A stretch of 62,912 nucleotides of DNA, filler included, from Polymyxa betae A26-41 (taxonomy: Eukaryota > Protista > Endomyxa: Phytomyxea): assembly GCA_003693705.1 (NCBI GenBank). It is 5 parts of 5 records of this genome, joined end to end, with 100 filler letters (N's around TTAATTAATTAA, not from the genome) between each part and the next. Parts side by side here need not be neighbours in the genome. Positions count along the whole stretch, not along the records: positions 1 to 16,468 come from RBZT01000347.1; 4 more parts are not named here. One strand, given 5' to 3'. The translations under genes were made by a program, and so were the position numbers. Below, piece by piece: positions 1-10,534 of this stretch. Positions within the stretch are counted from its first letter, which is position 1, and each line of letters begins with the position of its first letter. The notes under the pieces were generated by a model. The model saw only the letters and a list, made by a program, of their open reading frames with translations. It was not told where the DNA came from and made no database searches.

Positions 1-330
1 GGAGACGAGATGAGAAACATATGAATTTTGGAGTTGATCGGAATGGTTGCGTGGAGGCCGCTCCTCGCCATTCATAGTAGGGAGACGAGGGGACCCGCGC
101 AGTCCGTGACAGTTAGGGCTCTTCCCCTATAGGAATCGTCAGGAGGTGCGCAGCCCTCTGCGCAGCCCCTCAGGAAGGGCCAGTACGACTGCCTGGTGGT
201 CGGCTGGGCGGCTGCGAGTACTGTCATGCTCAATGGGCATGATATGCACTATGGTTCGTATATATCGAGTACAGTTAGTGGCGCTTGCGATTCGCCAGCG
301 ATGCGAAGGAAGTTTCACGTCCAAGTCGAA
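1..330 (-). mobile_element. Putative 3' end of an LTR retrotransposon (PPT followed by LTR start)
   Basis: The minus strand reads AGGGGAAGAG (polypurine tract), CCCTAAC, then TGTCACGG at 111, a typical TG LTR start; the LTR would run off the window edge. Confidence 0.35.
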
Positions 331-2907
331 CTCATGAGTAATTTCTGATTATGGTATGTTTCAACCGCAATTTTAAAACAGAATGGAACAGAGAAATTGA
401 GGCGATGTTCATGCGACACAATCTTCTTTGCACGAACACGGAGTTCCATGATTGGGAGGCCTGAGTTCCTGAATCATTGAACTCGTATCTCCTATTGATT
501 GGCAGCCCTTTCGTTCCTAATGATGAAATCGATATTTTGTTCGATTTTTTGTTAACAACAACTCCTCGGTTGTTGCAGCGTGGGCTGCATGGGCGCAAGA
601 TGGCGACCCCGACAATCGACAGGATCGACTTGCTGCCATCAGCGACCCAATCGCTGATATGCTGACCGGTTTTAAAGCATGAGGCTATGGATATTCTATA
701 GAAATACCGGAACGAGTATATCCATCTGAAAAGCGACGTGTATAACTTGAAGAAGGCTGCGCCAGCGCTGCGCCCCTTGGAGGCCCCGCCTCCCTGTGAA
801 AGCCTGCAGCCGCAGTGGAATGACTGCATTGGAATATTCCGCCCTTCTCCGTTGCGGACTGCGAACTGGAAATTATAATATAGATTGAATACCTGATTTT
901 CCAGCTGCATCGAATCTGTTCGTAGAGAAACTTGTTGTAAACGAAATCTAAGGATAGAGATGTCGGGGCAGAGCGAGGAAACCGCGCCGTCGGCCCGAGG
1001 CCAGGGAACGAGCTCTTCACATACCTTGGGGAATGCTTTGCATTAAACAACTCTTTCACATCGCAAGGAACTCGAATCAAAATCCTGAAAATTTTCTGTC
1101 TGCTCTGGAAACTAAATGATGATTATGTCATCACACCTGCAAATGTATTGCTCGGTTAGGGAGAATAAGACTCATTGGCCTGATATAATCGTGATTTTAT
1201 CAATGAATCGATGAAGTCCGTGCTTTATCGTGGGTCGTGGACGCTCAGACATGCATCCGATGGCCGTCGGAGAGCGCTGCGACGTCTGCCGAAGATCAGA
1301 GTTCCGTGCGACCCAGCCTGTGCTGCGCCAATCGAGCTCTGGTTCGGCATCAACAACAAGAAACTCCGACGGCCCGGCGCGGATATCCTGCCATGCGAGC
1401 CCACCATGCCGCATACGATCGTGATGAGGTCTGCAGGACTCTGTCCGAACGCCTGGGGAAACTAGGCAACAATTGCGCTCTCTGATGGGCTCGCAATGGA
1501 AATTGTTTTATTTTTTTGCATGGAATATTGTTAGCATTTGTCAGGTGAACTGGGTGCGCATGGCCTGATGCAATGCCGCCATGTTACGCGCAAATACTTA
1601 AGGTGTCTCGGCGGACACTTTGTAAGCTCCTGTCCGAATCAAAGCGTGCCGCCAGGTATTACTTCAATCTACTACAGGTATAACCTTTGATTAATCATCA
1701 AAATTGTTCTCACAGTTTCGTAGATCTGCAATGCGTCAGAACACTCTGTTGCATGACGTAAATCCGTGCGAAGGCAGTCATCGTGCCTCCGATCGTTGTT
1801 GACCGATTGCTTGGGCTATCCTGAGAAACCACCAAGCACGACACGCAATCGAACGAGTACTCGGCAAAATATGTGCCGATGAAACGGACATACATGGTAA
1901 TTTCTCCCTCGATCATTTCGCAGTATGCCAGTATTTGATTCAGAATAGGCTCAGATGCTTCTGTAGGAAATCGTCAAGGATGGGTGAGTTAAATTAGACT
2001 CAGGTCGCATAAACGATTTTGACAGAAAAAATACAGCATTCACAGTACAGTGATATTTATTGATTCTATATGATACAAAACATAATGTGTGATCGTAACT
2101 TCATAAACAGCATGATCGTCCGATTCCCAGGAACCATCATACGCTGTCTCAGCACTCCTACAGATTGCGTCGTACTTGATAACATGAAGAGCTATAGAGA
2201 GAATCGCATCTTCATTGAGACGGATCATTGAACTCCGCGCGACCGCTGTTTTCTGAGAAATGCATCACATCGGCGATGTCAAAAAGCATTCCTGTACCAA
2301 GTTTCAGCCTATGAGAATAAATATCGGATTCTGTCTAATGTACAATATGTGGAGAGCTGCAACTACCTGCTCATCCCGAAGTCCGATCTCCGGACTTTGG
2401 TCAAAGACATCAAGAGCAACTATTTTCACCCCACTCAACATCTCACACCTTTATTTTACTCATCCAATCACTGGCTTTTTCGGCCATTCTATCCTCCGAA
2501 TACAGCGCTCTGCGTTCTTGCCGTCTGCGTTCACATCCGATTTGTAGTTTGGACAACTTCGACACAATACAAAATCAATTCATTACGTCAATGTACCCGA
2601 AAGATTTATTTTGCATCTTATAGCATTATGAAACAGCTTCAATCTTCAGACTGTGATGGATAACAAACTTTTTGTCGGACGAAATTCGCATTAATTCAAA
2701 ATTGACAAAATACTGACAGTATCCACCTTCAATTGGTCACAGATCATTGGACTGCTATCTCAAACGTAGATTAGATTGCGTGTCAATACATTCAAAATCA
2801 AATCTGATTCACATCCAACATTTGATCATTTGTAATCAGAAAAAACAACGCGCAGAATTGCGTCTCGCCAAGACAGCGCATGTTCCGCCACGGACGCAGT
2901 CCGACGT

Positions 2908-4690
2908 TCACTGTCCATTTGCCTGATAATGTTTGCCCGAGCGTCGCTGCAACCAATCACGACAGCCTTCACGTTTCAAGTTCAATTTCGGGCCTGTAAT
3001 CTTGGCCCGAACTACTTTTAGAGTTAAATTGGCCACCAATACCAAGTTCTGTAACGTGGTCTCCGAAGTTGAAATTTCCGAGGTTTCAGTCAATATGAGC
3101 TGATCATCGAGAACTTTCATAATAATGGGGCCTTTTGAGGCGCGTGTTTTGCCTTTTGGTTTGATCAAGATGTTTGTATCAGTAAGAAAAGCGTATTCGT
3201 CATCATCAGGCTGCTTTTTCTGAATTACAGATTCAGAGTGAGATTTTCAATTTAATAAGAATAAATCTCACCAGAAAAGCACATAGAGTAGTGTAGTCTG
3301 TGATCTTCTCCACATTAAAATCGAACAATTGCAGAAATTCGGGCAGAGCGCTAAATACTGGCAGAATGAGATTCTTTGGTGGTGAGCTGAATTTCATCCG
3401 TTTTACGGTCGGAATTTCGTCACTTTGAAGTTCAGGACGATCCATTGAGACGGAAGAGCGATCTCGGCAAAGATTCATCAGCTGATGAGACGCTGACAGT
3501 TTAGATTGGCATTCATTTCCGGAGCATTGTCTATGGAGTTTGAAATGCCTGAAGCGTTTCTGATCGCCGAGAATTTTCATAATAAGGGGGTCTTTTGTAG
3601 CGTGTTGTCGGCTGCCCTTTGATGTGATGAATATGTTTGTCTCAGAAAGAAACGCCCTCTCATCATCATCAGGCTGCTTTCTCTGAATGGCAGTTTCAAC
3701 GTTAAGATTCCTCATTCAGTATGATTAAAGCTCACCAGGAAAGCACACAAACTATTGTAGTCTGTGATCTTCTCGACACCAAAATCACCGATTTTCAAGA
3801 ATTCAGGAAAACCCTTAAGAATGGGCAGAGCGGGTTCCTTTGATGAAGAACAAGATTTTCTCCGCTTTACGGGCGGATTTTCGTCACTTTGTAGATCACG
3901 ATGGTCAAAACAGATGACAGAGCTCTCTTGACCCAGATTCATAGACTGATCGGCAGTTAACAGTTTAGATGGGCATTCTCGTCGGAAACATCTTTCATAG
4001 AGGCTCCAATGAGGGAAGCTATTCCCCCAGACTGTCTGAAATCTCCGGAGATCTTTCTGACAGCATTGTATGACACATCGCAGGACAGGACGACACACCC
4101 TATACATCCATTGTCGAAGTTTCCAATCAATCTTGGCCCATGCCCACTTATACGTCCGGGCGGCCCAGATCAACTTCCGATACAGATTCGCAATCAGAAT
4201 CAGCTTCTGTAATGTGCTCTGAGAGGAACGGATTCGTTTCATTTCAGTCACATCCAGATCATGTCCTTTCACATTGATAATTAATTGATAGTTGATCTTG
4301 GAGCATTGAGATGCATCACTAAAAGATGAAGACAGAGAATGAAGTTCCTCAACACTCGGCTTTTGATCTAAGCTAAAGTCAATATACAGCAGGAGAAAAA
4401 GGGAAAAAATCACCAGAAACTGGCAAAGACTGTTATAGTCATTGATATCAGTCACATCGTGATTGAAAAAAGACTGAAAGACGGTTGGCGATGATGTTTC
4501 GTCAGCTCGAGGACGTTTGCGGGAAATATTTTCAACTGGTTCATCATTCTGTTTATGAATATCTCAGTTAAGACATGAAACTTGATTAACAGGTATTACA
4601 TAGTTTCCTGAATAGGAGGTAAAACCGGAACATTATATGTATGTTGAAATAAAGATGTTGATGTTGATGACGTTCCAACATCATGTAAAG
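2908..4690 (-). CDS. Multi-exon gene or pseudogene built from repeated exon modules, copy A; function unknown
   Basis: ORFs 2908-3168, 3233-3715 and 3712-4455 share motifs (KQPDDDE.AFL, TLQKLILIANL, F.VEKITDY..LCAFL). Each module ends at CTG|GTGA donors (~4411, ~3735, ~3271) and restarts after TTCAG or TTAG acceptors. Paralogue at 33.5-35.2 kb. Confidence 0.6.
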
Positions 4691-5959
4691 AGGATATGGC
4701 TTGATTATGGCACAGGAAAACTTACTCCTGTGTCAGTGAGATCGGGTGGATTGTCACTGACATCGAGATCGGGAGGATAGATACTGATATTAAGATCGAA
4801 AGGATAGACACTATCAGGCGCCTCTTCCAGAGAATCTGTAACATTACATGACCGAAGACTGAATGCAGCGAAGCACCCAGACAGGCTCAGTATCAGGAAG
4901 ACAGTCGCTGGGCCAACGATTTCCGAGAATCTGATTGGCGGACTTCGGCGTTGTGGATTTTTGTGTCCTCTAATCGAAACAAGAATCTGCGCAAAGTTCT
5001 CTTTATAGAGTTAATCGCATGGATAAGAAGCGGATTCGGTTGGGAAGCTGTCTAGACGATGGAAAAGCTTGGCAATCTTGGGGATGGTTCACAATCAATG
5101 ATAAAGAAATGAAAATGATGGTTGTAGCTCAAAGCGGGACCTCCTACATCATAACTCTGGGATTGAAAAAATAAAAACAATAAAAAGTGCGAAAACGACA
5201 GTGGCCCAGTTTTCAAGCTTTAAGAATCTCTGTGAGTTTTACGACCCTGAAACGTACGCAGCCTGTTGCTGATATAAAAGCGTACGCCACTTTTCTAGAA
5301 GGTTGCGCCAGGCTTAGAGCCACCACCGGACTTCAGCCTCCCTACAGTAGGAGGCCGCAGTCCTTTATCTTGAGAGTATCGCGTCCAGCGACTAACTAAT
5401 CGGAGGGAAGACAGTTGATGATCGGCAAACAAAAGGAATGTATTGAGTTGACTTCTCGACAGAAGCTGGCGGCCCGTCACTGGGCGACCGTACGTACGGT
5501 CGGGGCTTAAATGGGATAAGTACTTAATTCTAGATGGCGATTGAAATAGGCTGTTATGTTCATTAAGTTGGGTCGCGGCATTTTGGCGCAGCCTCGGGCA
5601 GCCGCTAAGTGGTGTATTCTCTCTGTTATCAATAAATTAGGCTTATGTATTTTGTGAAGATTTTGTTTGAAGTGATTTTTGTTAGCAATTTTGATCGAAC
5701 GCCGCTGGCATGAAGAGTATAATTCTACTCCTCGTGACCAGCGACTTGAGAAATCATACCAGAAGGTATGTTTCCCTGAGGTGTTGCAGGCGGGAAAGCA
5801 TAATGCACATCCGCCCCCGATCTCTGCCTTGAAACCGGGTTCTTGGCGGCAAGTGCCAGCCAAGGTCCTCATAGCGTCATAGCGGGGTCTCCCTCGGCCC
5901 GCTCTGCTAATGCAGGCAGGGTCGGTAAGAAGAGGGCGCGTCTCTAATACATCCACGAC

Positions 5960-8760
5960 GACTTCTATAGCAAGGCACGTCTCACAGACCCTTCCAACTG
6001 GTACAACCGAATATTGTCATGCGACTGTTTTTGCAAGATAGTATATTATCCGCATACAATCATCGCATTGAAGAAGCCAAAGACAAAATCTATAAGCTAC
6101 CCCCGCCTGGAAATGGCCCCCCATATCAAACGAATATAACAGACTATTTTAGAAGAATGCAGATTGGCAATGAGAGCCCGAATTCGCAAATCGAGTGTTC
6201 GATCTCAAACCTTATGGCACACCCACCGGACGAAATAAATTGTAATCAATACTCAGTGAAAATATTTCACTGGTACTGAAGAAAGGACTAACTTAAATCC
6301 CTCACAAAATATAGTGATTACCGGAGATCTGAATACCCGTGACTAAGCGTTCGGAATCAACCATAGAGACAAACACGCATATCTAGAGGAAGTTTTACTC
6401 ACCTTAGACTTAGTAAATGACAGACACACACCTACCAGAGAGAACAACAAATTAGATATTACACTGGTTAATGATACAGCGGTAGACAACATAATCAAAC
6501 ATAAGTGATACCGAAACTTAATAGCGACCACAACCCAATACAAACCAAGATTAAATTAGAGCGAGATCCATATGCAGGAAACAGTCGAGCCAAGAACAAC
6601 AAAACAGAGTTTACAGTAATGAATATTGAGAAAACGATACAGAATCTACGAGAGGCAATAAATCAAACGAGCATTGAAACTTTCGCTCTCGACCAAATCA
6701 ACGAAATCCTGAGAAATCTGTCTCATACAAAACGATACAGCATAAACCTATTATATTTTGGACGCCACAGCTTAAGAAAGCGGTACGTCTTCAAAACAAA
6801 ACACGTAAAGCAACTGGGAAAGATCGTAGGCGCAACCAAGACACTGCAGCTCCATACCGAGAATACGTAAAATTACAGAACGAGTTCCAAAAACGTTTTA
6901 AGCAAACCAGAGCTGAATATAGCAGAAAGCAAATCGAAAGAGCGTGCGAGGACCGTACAGGCGCAGAATTCTACAAATTGATTAAACAACTAGAGTCTAA
7001 ACTCAATAAAAAACCCGACCACAACTCATTTATCATGAACAAGCAGGTACAGAAGCTGAACACATTGCAGAACAGTTTCAAAGAATCTTCGGGCGGAACG
7101 ACATCCAGCCTACGGAAACAGAGCAAAAAAACTAGAGAGGGACCTTGAAACGATCTCGAATGCAAACAGATGCCATGCACAGGTTCACCAAATGGAGGTA
7201 GAGCAAGCGATCCGCAAATCCAATTTTAAATCAGCAAAAGGCGCCGATGGAATGTCTAACCGACTGATAAAATTCGCCTGCGAAAATCAAGACTTCACAA
7301 ACTGCCTCCTGAACGCGATAAATTACCAAATATTTAAAAAAAAACCCGGAGGTTTTAAAAGCCGCCCGCATCATACCACTTCCACCGAATATCTCCCGAA
7401 AGATCGCATCCAGCTAGTAATGTGACAATAAAAACTGCAGAATCTGTACGGTATCTGGGGGGAGAGATTGCCGCAAATCGAGCGAAGAACAATTCTACCT
7501 TCCTGATACGAACTAACAAAATTGCAAATCAGATCACGAGCAGATGCCAATCGATAAAACAACTTCGTAAATACAGAATACCGAACAAAATCTTCCAGCA
7601 AGCTTGCCTTGCCATCATCGGGGGTATTTTCAACTATTATACTCCATGGTTGGGAGGAGAAACATCAATAAAGGAAACCATTCGCCCATTAGAGATCGCA
7701 TATAATGAATATATGAGATCCCGCTGCTACTTGCAATATCACGATTTCCCCTCTTTCGGGATAAAATAATAACGGACTCTGCTATAGCTGTAATAAAAGC
7801 TGAAGCACAAGGAAACCTTCTATTACCGTTTATGGGATCGTGCCGGATGCAATGTAGATGGATGGACGCCTTTCGGTAGAGTCAGATTAGCAATCGAACG
7901 TACCATCGCAAAGGAATATGACTCTAAAATCCACTCATATGAAATCGCAGAGTCTGATATTCTCGAATTATTGAGTCAATGTAAATAGTTTGAAAACGAC
8001 CTTACAGCTAGAGAATTTAGTGTCCAGCTAACAGAGATCATCATCATACAAGCCGGATTAGAGGCGGTCCTTTCTCTAAACCCTTCAGGGCGGCAGATCC
8101 ACCTCTTCTCTGACTCCCTCTCATGCTTGCATTAACTCGCTACAAATATCAATATACGAATGCAGTCGTGAAAGAAGTTACAGAGAAATTAGCAGAGATA
8201 GCCAGAGAGAACGAAATTGAGCTACACTTCATACGAGCCACACAGAAGAAGAAATAGCCCAAAGCGAGGAAATTGATGCAATAGCAAGAACAGCTGCAGT
8301 TGGCTGGTGACGAAGAAATTGATCACGACCAGCTGACAACTTCATACAAACTTATGTTTAGAAAGCGTGAGCGATTTAAACTTCTGAAATACCTTGAGAC
8401 GAATATCAAACGAAGCAAGTTTGTCACAGATCTCTACTGATAGAAGAGAAGTTGGAGAACGACGATGGAGATGAAGAAGGTCCGAACCGAATTGACAACA
8501 CTCATACACTGCTATACAGAGCACGAACTGGTCATACACGGGCCAGAGCACATCTTAAAACATCAAAATTGACTCTGATGATACATGCAGACATTGTAAG
8601 CGACATAGAGAGACTATTGAACACAAACTGATTAAATGCAAAAAAACATCAAAAACGTCTCAGGAAACTGAGGGAGAAAAAAATCAAGATTTGAAAAGGG
8701 TGAAGTTATGAAAAGCTCCGAAATTGGTAGTAGGGGCACTACTGCTAGCTATCAAGGCAA
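5960..8760 (+). mobile_element. Decayed non-LTR retrotransposon (LINE) ORF2: APE endonuclease, truncated RT, RNase H, C-terminal Zn motif
   Basis: Frameshifted motifs: IVITGDLN, HTPTR..NKLDITLV and SDHNPI (APE); SAKGADGMSNRLIK, RIIPLP and VRYLG (RT); IHLFSDSLSCL and ELHFIRAH (RNase H); DDTCRHC..ETIEH..KC. Many stops; boundaries approximate. Confidence 0.85.
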
Positions 8761-8935
8761 TGATAAGGTACTATCAGCCATGCGCTTAGGGAATAGCGCC
8801 GCCTGTTGACACAGATTAACGAACTAGACGAATCCAATCCAATAGAAGAAAACAGTTTGATAAATTTATATAAATGTTACTTCCGATTTTTTTCTGATAA
8901 TAATCGTCATAGAGATTCGTTTCTTATCGTCCGCA

Positions 8936-9670
8936 TCATAGTATGTGCCTTGAATAGAACGGGCTGTCATAGGAGAGGCTAGCCCAATATGGATAGAAAC
9001 CAGAATCTGGATGGTACTTGATGAGCTTGGCGAACTTCTCCGGCTCGATCTTGTACAGCAGAGGGTCGATGAAAAACTGACGAAGATTTTCAGAAATGAA
9101 TTTCTGCACGGCTTGAAGGGTTCTCGACAGCGAATACCTCAGAGCGAATAACGCCACGCGTAGCGCATCTTTCGTTCCATACGTCAAAGAACTCAATAAA
9201 TAATCACAAATCAGCACAGCTTTCGGAGATATCATATAATCGGCGATCTGTGCGATCACGAACAGCTCGGCGGGATCGTCTTTCGTGAGGTTATACACGC
9301 CATAGACGACTTTCAGATATAATCGGAACCAGTACGCCAGGCTGTATTTCAGAGCCGCGGCAAGAAACCGTCCCGGGGTTTGCAGAGCTGGCAGCAGAAT
9401 CCGAACGGCAGGCTTCGAATCGTCACCAACGACAGCCCTGTTCAGATTCCGTTCCATATAGCCGCTGACGGCGACCAGTACGGCCCGATGCCCATAGAAT
9501 ACGGCATCGTCGACGAGCAGAGTGACATCGCTGAACGCGGCCCGGTCGAACAGGACCTGCAGAGCCCAGGCCGGGTCGTACTCGGGCAGCGGCTCATACT
9601 GGGACTCGATGCCGAGCTCAGGCATGGAGATAGGGAATGGAGCGATCCATGACGGGTGAACACCATCCAA
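8936..9670 (-). CDS. BTB/POZ domain protein, probably with a BACK-like helical C-terminus; first ATG at 9625
   Basis: FSDVTLLVDDAVFYGHRAVLVAVSGY matches the BTB consensus (SDV.L.V....F.AHR.VLAA.S.YF); followed by ELFVIAQIADY and LQAVQKFISEN. Uninterrupted ORF. Confidence 0.85.
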   Translation of the reverse strand: MDGVHPSWIAPFPISMPELGIESQYEPLPEYDPAWALQVLFDRAAFSDVTLLVDDAVFYGHRAVLVAVSGYMERNLNRAVVGDDSKPAVRILLPALQTPGRFLAAALKYSLAYWFRLYLKVVYGVYNLTKDDPAELFVIAQIADYMISPKAVLICDYLLSSLTYGTKDALRVALFALRYSLSRTLQAVQKFISENLRQFFIDPLLYKIEPEKFAKLIKYHPDSGFYPYWASLSYDSPFYSRHIL

Positions 9671-9804
9671 TTAGCCGCTTCCAGCTGCAGATGAAGTTTG
9701 AGACGGGTCGGGATACAAACTGCGTAACTAAACTTGGCGCAAAAATCAGCACTAAAGGACGTGCGACACCACCCATATGATTGGTAATGAATGCGCCAAA
9801 ATTG

Positions 9805-10010
9805 GCAGTCACGCACTTTAAGATTAAGCGCGCAGTTTTGTGGATGTTGCAGACGCACTTATTGGCAAGTGCACTTTGTATAACTGACAGCGCGCACTTT
9901 CCAACTAAATAAGAGTTTTAAAGCACTTTCCAACGTGAGACACGATTAGGGAGACGCACTTTCTGGCTTTTGATGCGAATTTATTTCCGACTTGTGAGTC
10001 GCACTTTCGC
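9805..10010. repeat. Cluster of about 8 (C/G)GCACTT motifs
   Basis: acgcacttta, gcgcagtttt, acgcacttat, gtgcactttg, gcgcactttc, aagcactttc, acgcactttc, tcgcactttc, spaced roughly 15-45 bp apart. Confidence 0.55.
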
Positions 10011-10534
10011 TCTGGAGAGACCCATTTTTCAAACTCCTCCAAGAACACCAAATGTTGATCGCAACCAACTCGTCTTTCGAAGCTCAGTCATTTTGTGCCT
10101 CAAAACCTCATCATTAGGCTCACCTCGCATATATTTTCGACAGAGTCAATCGGCGTCGTTGCACCAAGGTGAAGTCGGAAATGGAAAGGGACCCGAGCCA
10201 GTACGACCAACAGGGTCGCGCCGACAGTGCAGCAGCAAAGAGGAGTTGCAAAGCAGTAATGAAGCTACCCAGGTTCCGGATCGTCGACAGTAGCCGCTGC
10301 TGCATCCTTCTGCTGCCGTCAGTCCAAGACGCTGCCCCCGGCAACCTTCGAAACTATCCCATCCTGACGACGCCGTCGCCCAGCAGCCGCCTCCGTTCTT
10401 ACGCGCAATCTTGTTCAATTCAGTTAAAGGTAACTTTATCATGGCAGCTAATGCCCCGGTTAGGGTTTCGAGTCTCTCTCCGCTTCGAATTTGGTGGAAT
10501 AAAAAGTGCGATTATTAGAACTGCATCGAATAAT

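Noticed and set aside
332-1485. Several 60-190-aa ORFs
   Set aside because: No recognisable domain or consistent splice pattern; cannot be supported.
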